Position numbers and translations under genes: made by a program. This document shows, one piece after another, positions 29,936 through 41,996 of a stretch of DNA of 64,000 nucleotides (positions are counted from its first letter, which is position 1; each line of letters opens with the position of its first letter). The notes below the pieces were generated by a model. That model made no database searches. It was not told where the DNA came from and worked only from the letters and a program-made list of their open reading frames with translations. Origin of the DNA: Pirellulales bacterium (GTDB lineage Bacteria; Planctomycetota; Planctomycetia; Pirellulales; PALSA-1355); the NCBI GenBank assembly GCA_963733035.1, contig CAVTBU010000001.1, positions 17,124-81,123 of the forward strand, read 5' to 3'.

Positions 29936-30676
29936 ATGATGACGAAGCCAATTGTTGTCGTGCTGTTGGCTGTCGTGTCGGCCACGCCGTTTTTGTGCCA
30001 GGCGGCGGAAAGGTCGGCCCCTGCTCTGCGCGGAGCCGTGCACGACGCCTTGCGTCGTCACGCAACGACTTGCGGAACGGAACAAGAGGCGACCATCCGC
30101 CAGCTGGTGGCCCTCTACCGAGAAGTGCAAGCCAGCACAAAGTTCAGCGACCGCTCTCGGCAACAACTAAGTGGACTGGTTCGCAATCGGTTGCGACGCA
30201 CCCAAGAGGCTCTCGCGAAGCAAGTCTCTGATGATTCCGTCACGCCCGCGCGAAACGGTGGCTCGACATCGCTGTCAGAACCCGCCGCAGGGGGAAACTC
30301 GCCTGCCCAACGGGCAATCCTCGCTCAAAACGCGGGCATCGCAGCCGGCCAAAAACCGCTAGCAGGTGCCGCCGGCGGAAATTTTCAGCCGCCCGGCGGC
30401 GCCGTTCGCGCGGCCGCAGGCCAAGCGGGCGGTTTTGAGGCCGCGACGACCCAAAATGCGCAGGAACTGGTCGACCTGATCCAGACCACGATCGCCCCCA
30501 AGTCTTGGCAAGCCAATGGCGGACTCGGCTCGATCATGTACTTTTCGCCGTCGCGAATCCTCGTCATCCGCCAAACCGACGGCATCCACACGAAAGTTGG
30601 AGCGGCGCTCAACGAGATGCGCGGCGCCAGCCTTAGGAACGCTCAATTCGAGCGGCCGAGAAACTGTTCCGCATAG
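29936..30676 (+). CDS. Secreted hypothetical protein with C-terminal secretin N3-like planctomycete motif
   Basis: AAGGAGG RBS, signal peptide, and LVDLIQTTIAPKSWQANGGLGSI...LVIRQT...H motif. Confidence 0.75.
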   Translation: MMTKPIVVVLLAVVSATPFLCQAAERSAPALRGAVHDALRRHATTCGTEQEATIRQLVALYREVQASTKFSDRSRQQLSGLVRNRLRRTQEALAKQVSDDSVTPARNGGSTSLSEPAAGGNSPAQRAILAQNAGIAAGQKPLAGAAGGNFQPPGGAVRAAAGQAGGFEAATTQNAQELVDLIQTTIAPKSWQANGGLGSIMYFSPSRILVIRQTDGIHTKVGAALNEMRGASLRNAQFERPRNCSA

Positions 30677-32058
30677 TGCTCGGCCAATTGCTTGTTGGCA
30701 AACGGCATGATCTGAAACCGAGTTGCCGCGCGAATTTGCGGTGGAAGTCGAGTGAGCGCCTCTTGCTGGAATTTGCGGGCCCCGGCGGGCGAAGTCGTGA
30801 CGCCCGCGGTCCGCCGCGTCGTCGAGTCGAGCAACACCACGTAGTGCGTTTGATTGGCGACTGGATCGACATAGGGCAGTGACTTGAGATGCTCCACGAG
30901 CGCCTTCTCGATCGCCGCGTAATCATCGCCGAAATACTTCACGAAGAGTCGCCGGCCCACGACGGCAGAGCGGCCATCCGGCGGTTCGAGCGGACCTAGC
31001 TGTGCCACTTCACGCAGAAAATCCTGGAATTTTTCCTTCTGCCGCGATGCCAGGTAATGCGTGAGCGACCAGGCGGCCGCATAGCCGCTGGATGTTAATC
31101 GCTCGGCACCCACAACTTCGTCGATGATCTGGCCATTGGTTTCAGGGCGCGCCTTCATGAATTGCGCCAGTTCATGCATCCGCAGGTCATGCGGCATGCC
31201 GACGCCCTTCCAGCGCAGCCTGTGATCTACCGACGTGGGGGCGAAGTATTCCGCCAGCCCCTCGGAAACCCACATCGGCCACCGCGACAACCGCTGTTGG
31301 GCGCCAATGTTGTGAAGGATCTGATGGATGCCCTCGTGAGCGATGGTGCCAATGGACTGCTTCATCGCCAATTCCGGAGCCACCTCCACGAGGTCCGATT
31401 GTTCGTACATCACGATGTGATTCGAGATCGTGTTGTAGTAGGCGGCGATGCCGGCTGGGATGGGTTCGAATTTCTGAAACTCTTCCTCCGTGCGAAACAT
31501 GATCGCCACCAGCGGCACTTGCGGATGATCGACCGGGAGCTTCAATCGCTTGAAATAGGCCAAAACCGCCGGATACATCGTCTCCAGAATCCGACTCGTA
31601 CCCTTATAGAAGGCCGCGCTGGTGTTGTAGACGTAAATGAAACGGGCCGTGCTGCGAACGTTGAAATTTCGAAACCCCTTGGCCTTGAGCTGCTCGGCAA
31701 TTTCCTCCTTCGTGGCGGGTCGAAACGGCTCGCTCGTGATTGGAGCGCGCGACGTGGCCACCGACTCGAGTCGGCCATCGGACAGTATGACCAGCCTGCG
31801 GTCGCCAACGTCGGCATGCAGCAGCGCAACCACGTCTGCTCCGGCCGAGTCCTTCATCAATACGTGCTGCCCCTGCCCGCGACGAACAGGCGCACCCTCG
31901 GGCACAAACAGCGCCGAATCGCGAGGGTCGGCTTGGGGCCGACGATCTTGCGCGTCTGCCTGCTCTCCGACGGCTGCGCAACCTACCAAGAGGGCGATAA
32001 TCCAGCCAAGCGCGGCTGCGATTCGGCGCCATGCACGTGTCCACCGTTGGCAATCCAT
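30643..32058 (-). CDS. DUF1570 zinc metallopeptidase-like secreted protein
   Basis: AHEGIHQ...WVSEGLAEYF and YAAAWSLTHYL motifs; signal peptide. The ORF is open to 32130. Confidence 0.88.
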   Translation of the reverse strand: MDCQRWTRAWRRIAAALGWIIALLVGCAAVGEQADAQDRRPQADPRDSALFVPEGAPVRRGQGQHVLMKDSAGADVVALLHADVGDRRLVILSDGRLESVATSRAPITSEPFRPATKEEIAEQLKAKGFRNFNVRSTARFIYVYNTSAAFYKGTSRILETMYPAVLAYFKRLKLPVDHPQVPLVAIMFRTEEEFQKFEPIPAGIAAYYNTISNHIVMYEQSDLVEVAPELAMKQSIGTIAHEGIHQILHNIGAQQRLSRWPMWVSEGLAEYFAPTSVDHRLRWKGVGMPHDLRMHELAQFMKARPETNGQIIDEVVGAERLTSSGYAAAWSLTHYLASRQKEKFQDFLREVAQLGPLEPPDGRSAVVGRRLFVKYFGDDYAAIEKALVEHLKSLPYVDPVANQTHYVVLLDSTTRRTAGVTTSPAGARKFQQEALTRLPPQIRAATRFQIMPFANKQLAEHYAEQFLGRSN

Positions 32059-32244
32059 CTGGTTTCTCCGTCCAAAACTTCGCAAGCCCGCAATCTCGCT
32101 GATCTTCGGGCCACGGTGGGTCTCTTGCAAATTGCGCCGATCTCGGATACTTGTGGAGGCTTATATTTTACCGTATTAGCCAGCCAAACGCCTACATTTG
32201 GGGCGTCCCCAGCTCACAAACCTTTCTCCGAGGTCCACCGCAAG

Positions 32245-32631
32245 ATGGCAGAAGACAAGAGTGAAACGAAGCGGCAGCGCGTGCTGATCGTCGACGACGA
32301 CCACGAAATCGTCGAAAGCGTCCGCTTCGCCCTCGAGGCCAACGGCTACGACGTGCTCGTGGCCCGCGATGGCAACCAGGGGTTGGCCATGGCCGAACGG
32401 GAAGATCCCGACCTGGTGATCCTCGACATGATGATGCCCAAGCGGAGTGGCTTTTTAGTGCTGGAAAAGCTGCGGCGCTCGCGCCCCGTGCCTTTGCGAG
32501 TAATCATGATCACGGCCAATGAAGGAAGTCGGCACAAGGCCTACGCCGAGATGCTGGGAGTCGATGACTACATTCGCAAGCCGTTTGCAATGGACCGGTT
32601 GATGGAAAGCGTCAATCGGCTGCTCAGCTAG
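32245..32631 (+). CDS. Single-domain response regulator (receiver only)
   Basis: Motifs VLIVDDD, DLVILDMMMP, ITA and DDYIRKPF; no output domain. Confidence 0.93.
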   Translation: MAEDKSETKRQRVLIVDDDHEIVESVRFALEANGYDVLVARDGNQGLAMAEREDPDLVILDMMMPKRSGFLVLEKLRRSRPVPLRVIMITANEGSRHKAYAEMLGVDDYIRKPFAMDRLMESVNRLLS

Positions 32632-32947
32632 CCGCCGGCCGCGCAAGAGCGGGTCAAAGGATGCCGACGTGACCTGTTTCGACCACGGGTCGTGGGCCCA
32701 GCTTCGCATAGATCGTCGAATAACGACTTACACCGCTTGTTCGCCGTTCGATTGCTTCACTACACCGATAGCCCGGTTGCACCGGACTTCGTGCTTTTTC
32801 GCACGGTTGGTAGCCCCAAATACCTGCCCAAGTGTCCAGGTGCAAAATCGCTACAGGCCTCGTGGGTGGAATTCGATTCTTGAGAATCTGGCCGGCACCC
32901 CCTACCAAGCAAAACCGGGCCGGGATTCCGGAATAAATGACGTACAT

Positions 32948-32963
32948 TGGCAAGCCATTTGCT
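32948..32963 (+). promoter_or_regulatory. Putative sigma54 -24/-12 promoter of the prkA operon
   Basis: TGGCAAGCCATTTGCT fits GG-N10-GC with near-consensus TGGCA/TTGCT. Confidence 0.65.
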
Positions 32964-33461
32964 GGTGGGAATAACGTTGTGCGGCTGGATTGGCCGCAAA
33001 GTCGATATTGTCGACCCCCGGGGTTGTAAGCATACTTGGCATAGGTAAGAGATGGTCGCGGCAAGGATCGCACGGCCTCGCAATACCCGACGAAAGAGAA
33101 GTAGGCTTGCTGTAGCATCCTGCCCGCCGCGCCTCGAGCGTTCTTTTCCAATTTCTCTCTCTGCTGGCCATCAAGTTCGCGTCGCTGGAACTTTCCCCTG
33201 TGCGCTGCGAACGGGTGCGCCCTGGTGCCGCTTGCCAAGCCGTCGCACGTGCATGGCGCGTGCGCGCATCGCCAACGGTAACAGCAGAACAACAATCAGG
33301 AAACGAAACTCGGAGACGCGGTAACTAAACTAGTAACGATAGGCGACAAAACGCAACGCAATTGATTCGGGCCGCTCGGCGCTATTTCGCCGCGAAGCCC
33401 CTGGCGTTCAGGGACACTCCGGCGAAAGGTGCCATTTGGCGCCCTTACCGGAGGATCATTC

Positions 33462-35504
<2,043 letters not shown>

Positions 35505-35509
35505 TGCCC

Positions 35510-35569
35510 CGCGGCGCGATTCGCGAAAGCGTCGCGTTCATCCATCAGCCCCCGGCTCTGCCGGGGGGC
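35510..35569. other. Two GC-rich intercistronic stem-loops between prkA and yeaH
   Basis: CGCGGCGC..TTCGCGAA..GCGTCGCG and CCCCCGGC-TCT-GCCGGGGG; no U-tract follows. Confidence 0.45.
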
Positions 35570-35718
35570 CTCGCACTGAGAACGGCGCGAGACTGATCGA
35601 GCGGGCCACTGCAAACCGAATAAATACGAAAGGGCAGGGGTGCGCCAGCCGGCGCGTCGCCCCCGAGAACGAGGCGACGAGCGGCGGCGGGTATTACCCC
35701 GACCAACGGAAACCGCCT

Positions 35719-36816
35719 ATGAGAATCGAGCACGACCTGTCGCGATTCAAGCAAATCGTACGCGGCAAGATTCGCCAGAATCTGCGCAAGTACGTCACGC
35801 ACGGCGAGATGATCGGCCGCAAAGGTCGCGATCTGGTCAGTATTCCAATTCCCCAGCTCGACGTCCCTCACTTTCGCTACGGCAAAAATGGCTCAGGTGG
35901 CGTCGGCCAAGGCGATGGCGAAGAAGGCACCCCGGTCGGCAAAGCCGGTGACTCGGAAAATGGCTCCGGGGCCGCCGGCAGCGATCCGGGCGCCCATCTG
36001 CTGGAAGTCGAAGTCTCGCTCGAGGAGCTGGCCGCCATCCTTGGCGAGGAACTTGAACTGCCGCGCATCGAGCCCAAGGGTACGGCCAACATCGAACAGG
36101 AAAAATCTCGCTACACGAGCATTCGCCGTAGCGGGCCCGAGTCGCTTCGCCACTTCAAACGGACCTACATGGAAGCCCTTCGCCGGCAGATCTCTTCCAA
36201 TTCGTATGTGCCCGATCGCCCCCGCGTGGTCCCCATTCGCGAAGACAAACGCTACCGCGCGTGGAACGAAGTCAACCTGCCCGAAGCCAATGCGGCAATC
36301 ATCTACATGATGGACGTGTCGGGCTCGATGACCGACGACCAAAAGGACATCGTTCGCACGGCGGCCTTCTGGCTCGATACGTGGCTCAAGAGCCAGTACA
36401 AGGGGCTGGAACGCCGCTACATCATTCACGATGCCGCGGCCAAGGAGGTCGACGAGGAAACCTTCTACCACACCCGCGAAAGCGGCGGCACGCGAATCAG
36501 CTCGGCCTACAAGGTGGCCGCCGAACTGATTTCCCGATCGTTTCCCGCCAGCGAGTGGAACATCTATTGCTTCCAATTCTCCGACGGCGACAACTGGGGC
36601 GAAGATAACGAACGAAGCCTGGAACTACTGAAGAATGAGATCTTGCCGCACGTCAACTTGTTCTGCTACGGCCAGGTCGAAAGTCCCTACGGCAGCGGCG
36701 AGTACATTCGTTCGCTCGACTTTGCCGAAGACGAGCCGCGGCTGCTTACGGCCGAGATCGAAAACAAAGAGGCGATTTACGGCTGCCTGAAGGAATTTCT
36801 GGGCACCGGGGTTTAG
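35719..36816 (+). CDS. yeaH: YeaH/YhbH (DUF444) vWA-like protein
   Basis: Motifs GVGQGDG, LELPRIEPK, MMDVSGSM (MIDAS-like), ESGGTRISSAY and FSDGDNW. Confidence 0.93.
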   Translation: MRIEHDLSRFKQIVRGKIRQNLRKYVTHGEMIGRKGRDLVSIPIPQLDVPHFRYGKNGSGGVGQGDGEEGTPVGKAGDSENGSGAAGSDPGAHLLEVEVSLEELAAILGEELELPRIEPKGTANIEQEKSRYTSIRRSGPESLRHFKRTYMEALRRQISSNSYVPDRPRVVPIREDKRYRAWNEVNLPEANAAIIYMMDVSGSMTDDQKDIVRTAAFWLDTWLKSQYKGLERRYIIHDAAAKEVDEETFYHTRESGGTRISSAYKVAAELISRSFPASEWNIYCFQFSDGDNWGEDNERSLELLKNEILPHVNLFCYGQVESPYGSGEYIRSLDFAEDEPRLLTAEIENKEAIYGCLKEFLGTGV

Positions 36817-36835
36817 AGCGAAAGTCGAGCATCCC

Positions 36836-38362
36836 ATGGCCACCGTGAGCTTCGAACCACTGCCCGCCAATCTGGCCGAAATCCAAGTCAAGATCGAGGG
36901 CTATGCCCGCGACTACGGGCTTGATTTCTATCCCACGATCTTCGAACTGATCGACGCCGACCAGCTCAATGCCGTGGCGGCCTACGGCGGCTTTCCCACG
37001 CGCTATCCGCATTGGCGATTCGGCATGGAGTTCGAACAACTCAACAAGGGATATACCTACGGGCTGCAGAAGATCTACGAGCTGGTGATCAACAACAATC
37101 CGTGCTACGCCTATCTGATGCGCTGTAACGGATTGGTCGATCAGAAGTTGGTGATGGCCCACGTGTACGGGCACTGCGACTTCTTCAAGAACAACTATTG
37201 GTTCAGCCAGACCAACCGCAAGATGATGGACGAGATGGCCAACCACGGCAATCGCATCCGTCGTTACATGGACCGCTTTGGCGTGGAACCGGTCGAGACC
37301 TTCATCGACGCGTGCCTGAGCATTGAAGACCTGATCGACATTCACTCGCCGTTCGTCAAACGCTTCGACCAGCCGAACCGCTACGACTTTGATCGGGGAC
37401 ACGACGAGGTGGAAGAGTCGGTAACGCCAGGCCGTTTTCAGGCAAAAGATTATATGGACTCGTTTATCAACCCGCCGCAGGTCCTCTCGGCCGAAGCCGA
37501 CCGTATGCGGCAGGCGCAGGAAAAGCAGCTGCACTTTCCGCCGGAACCAGTGCGCGACGTGATGTTGTTCGTGCTCGAGAACGCGCCGCTGCGTCCTTGG
37601 CAGCTCGATGTGCTTTCGATCGTCCGCGACGAAGCCTATTACTTCGCGCCGCAAGCGCAAACGAAAATCATGAACGAAGGCTGGGCCAGCTACTGGCACT
37701 CCACGATCATGACCCGGCAGGGACTCGAAGCCGCCGACGTGGTCAACTACTGCGATCATCACTCCGGCACGCTGGCAAGTTCCCCCACGAAGCTCAATCC
37801 TTACAAACTGGGCATCGAGCTGTTCCGCGACATCGAAGAGCGCTGGAACAAGGGTCGCTTTGGCAAGGAATATGAAGAGTGCGACGACCTGGCTCGCAAG
37901 CGAGACTGGGACACCGGCGCGAACCTGGGGCGGCAAAAGATCTTCGAGGTCCGCAAGATCCACAACGACCTGACGTTCATCGACGAGTTCCTCACGCTCG
38001 ACTTCGTCCGGCAATACAAGCTGTTTTCATTCGGTTACAACCCGTCGAGCGATGCCTACGAAATCGAAAGCCGCGAGTTCCCCAAGGTCAAACAGCAATT
38101 ACTGTTCAGCCTGACTAACGTCGGTCGGCCGTTGATCGCGGTTCGCGACGGCAACTACAAGAATCGCGGCGAGCTCTATCTGGAGCACACGTTCAACGGG
38201 GTGGAACTGAAACTGAATTATGCGCACGACACGCTGGTCAATCTGCATGCCCTGTGGTGCCGGCCCGTGCACATCGAAACCGTGCTCGACGGAACCCGCA
38301 CGATTCTCTCGTTCGACGGAAGTGAGCACAAAACCGAGAAATGTGAAGAGGCGGAACCATGA
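36836..38362 (+). CDS. spoVR: SpoVR/YcgB-family protein
   Basis: Motifs GFPTRYPHWRFG, KIYELVINNNPC, AHVYGHCDFFKNN, TKIMNEGWASYWH and NPYKLG. Confidence 0.96.
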   Translation: MATVSFEPLPANLAEIQVKIEGYARDYGLDFYPTIFELIDADQLNAVAAYGGFPTRYPHWRFGMEFEQLNKGYTYGLQKIYELVINNNPCYAYLMRCNGLVDQKLVMAHVYGHCDFFKNNYWFSQTNRKMMDEMANHGNRIRRYMDRFGVEPVETFIDACLSIEDLIDIHSPFVKRFDQPNRYDFDRGHDEVEESVTPGRFQAKDYMDSFINPPQVLSAEADRMRQAQEKQLHFPPEPVRDVMLFVLENAPLRPWQLDVLSIVRDEAYYFAPQAQTKIMNEGWASYWHSTIMTRQGLEAADVVNYCDHHSGTLASSPTKLNPYKLGIELFRDIEERWNKGRFGKEYEECDDLARKRDWDTGANLGRQKIFEVRKIHNDLTFIDEFLTLDFVRQYKLFSFGYNPSSDAYEIESREFPKVKQQLLFSLTNVGRPLIAVRDGNYKNRGELYLEHTFNGVELKLNYAHDTLVNLHALWCRPVHIETVLDGTRTILSFDGSEHKTEKCEEAEP

Positions 38363-38838
38363 CGCTCAAAGACCAACTGCAGCAAACACTGGCCGCGCTG
38401 CCGCTGTTTTCCAGCGGCCAGCAGAGTGTGGACCTGTGCGAAAACAACCAGCATCTCAGTTGCCAGCTGACAGCCCTCGACACGCTGGCCTGCGCCTTTA
38501 CGCGGCTCGCGTTGCGGGCAGACAGCCTGGCCAACCGTGCGCCAGACGACCTCAAGTGGATTGCCGAAAACCTCTCGGCTAAGCTCACCTACCTGCTCGA
38601 ACCAATCAGCCCCATCGAGACCGACTCCGAGGGCTGCGTCGTTCAGATGCGCTCCAATCCGCCTCAAAAAGACGCCGACCGCACGAGCTACTACGAACTG
38701 CTCGTCGCGCGGACCGGCGAATTGAGCCTCGCCCGCTACACGCGGGCAGTCGGCCAAGCGCGCGAGGTGGTGCCGGCCGAGGTAACTCGCGAAGTCTTGT
38801 GCCGCCTGGCCGGCGACCTTTCGGTCGCTGCTGTCTAA
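38359..38838 (+). CDS. Hypothetical protein translationally coupled to spoVR
   Basis: ATGA overlap with the spoVR stop; host-like codon usage; 159 aa. Confidence 0.8.
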   Translation: MTLKDQLQQTLAALPLFSSGQQSVDLCENNQHLSCQLTALDTLACAFTRLALRADSLANRAPDDLKWIAENLSAKLTYLLEPISPIETDSEGCVVQMRSNPPQKDADRTSYYELLVARTGELSLARYTRAVGQAREVVPAEVTREVLCRLAGDLSVAAV

Positions 38839-39088
38839 CGATTCAGACCGCCGTACTGACACGCCGAATCTTTTTGAGCGTCGTGGTCTCTCTGCGCACA
38901 TCGTCGCAATTGGTAGCACCGCAACTTTCGCTGACGAAATCGTTCGGATGCGGAATCCGTCCCAATACGCCAATTGCCACAGCCTGACGTTCCGGACATT
39001 GGCACCCACCATTTCAGGGCATACAATCGCCCCAGAGACAGCACTCAGCTTGCCTCGATGGTTCTCGCCCGCATTAGGAGCCCCTGAG

Positions 39089-40974
39089 ATGTCTGATAAG
39101 GTTGAACGAGTCGCCGAGGCCGAGGAACCTGCCGAAACGGAATACTCGAACTGCGAGGTTGATGATTCTGGTGCAACTGAACTTTCCCCGCCTAAGGCTC
39201 GAAATGCCGATCAGGAAGATCAAGAGACCGTCGACCAACCAGACACCGCTAGCGCCCACTCCGACTTGTGTGACGAAGCGACAGAATTAGACGCGCTCGA
39301 ATCGATTGAGAGTGACGCGCGCTCGACCGAAACCTGCGACGACACCCACCAACCGAACCGAGAAAGGAAGCTACACAAGCGTAGGCGAGTAGTACAGGCC
39401 CCGGCCGAAGCTCGGCTTCGCGGTCGGCGACAATTCTGCAAACGGATTGCCGATATTGCGCCGTACATGCTGAAGACAGTCAAATTGAGGATCCTTGGGA
39501 ACTACCTGAATTCCACGAAAGGACTTTCCGACGACGCCCTGACCGAGCAGTTGAGAAAAGACGCGGGCAAGATAGCGGCGAGGGATCGCATTCTTGGCGC
39601 CTTTGAATCTCTCGATTCAACGGCAGACTTACGAAATCTGAAGTGGATCATCCTAATTGGAGTACTCCTCCAAGAGGAAACCTACAGCCTCGAGGAATCG
39701 CGACTGGAAGAGAAAGTAGTCGATTTCGAAAAGCGAGTCGTAAAACGAGCCCGCACGCTGGATTTCTTCGACAAGAAGAGCCACGAAGAAACGCGATGGC
39801 ACTTCTACGACACGTACCGAATCGTTCTCGAAGCGGCCTGGGCAAAGGACGAGGACATCTCTGTCGACGAAGCCAACCTTTTGGCGGTCTTGCGAGACCA
39901 TCTCAGCATTACGATGGAGGAGCACTGGGCCATTGGAGCGTACATAAAACGATTCCCGAAAACCAAGTGCCTTCTTCACACACCAGAGGAAATCCATGAC
40001 GCCCGTAAGCAACTTCAAAAAGAATCGCTATTGTGGAACTACCGCGACGAACATGACCGCCGAATTGATGTCATTCCATACGAGGTCGTACAACTATTGG
40101 CTCAGGAAGTTGCGCGCAGGAACTTCAACGCACAAACTATCATCGACTGCTGCAAAACGACAGCATCAAGCTCAGCGACCTGCGCGATGTCCTACAGGCC
40201 AACAGCATGGACCGCAATGGAAACAAGGACCTGTTGATCACCCGGATTGCCGAGAGCGACGTGCGGCCGAGCGATGTGTTGGGCGCGTTGGACAGCGATA
40301 AACTTGCAAAAATGTGCAGGGCTGTCGCCTTGCCTTCATCGGGCTCAAAATCCGAGCGCATCGTTAGATTGATCGACTTCTATGATGACCTTACGTTCGA
40401 AGAGCGCACTACTCAGGATGCTCGAGAGGAATGGTACAGCAACTATGAACTTCTTGCTGCGAGGAGCTATTCGGATTTAAAAGCCAAGAAGGTCATCAAC
40501 AGGGACCTCGATATCGAGCACCAATTCGAGAGGGCAACTGATTTCTTGTTTGAGACAAAACTGCGAGTGCCCGTCGACCACAAACGGAAGGGCACCAAGG
40601 CCGACGGACGCATCTTGCTTGAAAACCGACAGTCCATTCTTTGGGATTGCAAGTCAAACGAGAAGTCCGTCAACCTGCAAGACCATCTGGAGAGCCAGTT
40701 TGATGGCTATCTTAGAAGGGAAGCCGCCTGCGGCAACCAATGTCTCGCATTCATCGTGATCGGACCCGCATTCACCGCGCAGTCACTTAAGCTCTGTCAT
40801 CAATACAAGGCCAGAACAAACTGGGATGTTGCGCTCGTCACGGCAGAGGCGCTGAAGCATCTGGCTGAACTGTGGAGCACCACCTCTGGCGGAAAGCAAT
40901 TTCCAATCAGGCTCCTCAACCGCACCGAGTTGATCGACAAAGAAAAGGCGGAGTATTTACACAGCTTGGCGTAA
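39089..40974 (+). CDS. TerB-like + tandem SAP-like + PD-(D/E)xK (Mrr/FokI-like) endonuclease; frameshift near 40115
   Basis: AGGAG RBS before ATG 39089. The downstream frame is open from 40069 and reads QELQRTNYHRLLQNDSIKLSDLRDVLQANSMDRNGNKDLLITRI. The C-terminus has FE...ADG...ILWDCKS...Q..GY...FIVIGPAF. Confidence 0.75.
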
Positions 40975-41122
40975 CTAACGGCGGGCAAGTGTATTGATTG
41001 ACACCGCAGACGAACACGCGACCCTAACGGTTGCTCACTATTCATCGTAGGCTTATGATTCGGCATTCGTTCGACGAATTCGCGCCGGACAGCGTTACTC
41101 CGTAGGAGAGCTTTAACCCACG

Positions 41123-41950
41123 ATGAGCCACTCGCCAGGAACCGAAATCTCCCTCAAGCCGGCCGAAGGCTGGCACTGTAGCCATTTATATTACCGATTC
41201 AACCGCGCCGAACTGAAGCAGCTCAGTGCGGCCGAATTGACCGCGGGGCGGGAGCAATTCGCCGCCGTGCTCGATCCGCAGGCAACGGGATCGCCGGCTC
41301 GACTGCAAACATCGGTCGTTAGCGGCCACAAGGCCGACTTCGGCCTGATGATTTTGGACGCCGATCCGTTGGTCGTCGACAACGTGCATCAGCGGTTGAT
41401 GTCTGGACCGCTCGGCCCGGCGCTCGAACCGAGCTACTCGTTCGTCTCGCTTACCGAGGTTTCCGAGTACGTCCCCTCGGTCGAGCAGTACGGCCAGCGG
41501 CTGGTCGCCGAAGGCGAGGATCCAAACGGCCAGGCGTATGCCGCCAAGCTAAAGGCCTACGAAGGCCGCGAAGTCATGATGCGCCGGCAGCGGCTCACGC
41601 CCGATCTGCCCCCGTGGCCCTCCACGTGCTTCTACCCGATGAACAAGAAGCGAAAAGTCGGCGAGAACTGGTTCCTGCTCAATTTCGACGAGCGCAGCCG
41701 GATGATGACCGAGCACGGCCGCACCGGCATGACCTTCGGCGGCAAGGTGACACAGCTCATCACCGTCGGACTTGGCTACGACGACTGGGAATGGGGGGTC
41801 ACACTCTGGGCCCGCAACCCCGAGTTCCTCAAGGACATCGTCTATCGCATGCGATTCGACGAAGCCAGTGCTCGCTATGCCGAGTTTGGACCGTTCTACG
41901 TCAGCTACGTAATGAGCCCCGAGCAGGTGCTGAAGCACTGCCGGATTTGA
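41123..41950 (+). CDS. chdC: Coproheme decarboxylase / chlorite dismutase-family heme protein
   Basis: Motifs GHKAD, SLTEVSEY, CFYPMNKKR, ERSRMMTEHGRTG, DDWEWGVTL and MRFDEASARYAEFGPF, HemQ-like. Confidence 0.8.
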   Translation: MSHSPGTEISLKPAEGWHCSHLYYRFNRAELKQLSAAELTAGREQFAAVLDPQATGSPARLQTSVVSGHKADFGLMILDADPLVVDNVHQRLMSGPLGPALEPSYSFVSLTEVSEYVPSVEQYGQRLVAEGEDPNGQAYAAKLKAYEGREVMMRRQRLTPDLPPWPSTCFYPMNKKRKVGENWFLLNFDERSRMMTEHGRTGMTFGGKVTQLITVGLGYDDWEWGVTLWARNPEFLKDIVYRMRFDEASARYAEFGPFYVSYVMSPEQVLKHCRI

Positions 41951-41996
41951 CGTGGTGGGCCGGTTCGGTCCCCTTCGACCGCGGCCGATAACAAAT

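Noticed and set aside
31162..32244. 361-aa N-terminal extension of the response regulator
   Set aside because: Antisense to the DUF1570 gene; the real start is ATG 32245.
38833..38960. Integron attC site (GTCTAAC fits RYYYAAC at a stop codon, just before the foreign-looking gene)
   Set aside because: No matching GTTRRRY or inverted-repeat structure downstream, and no integrase.
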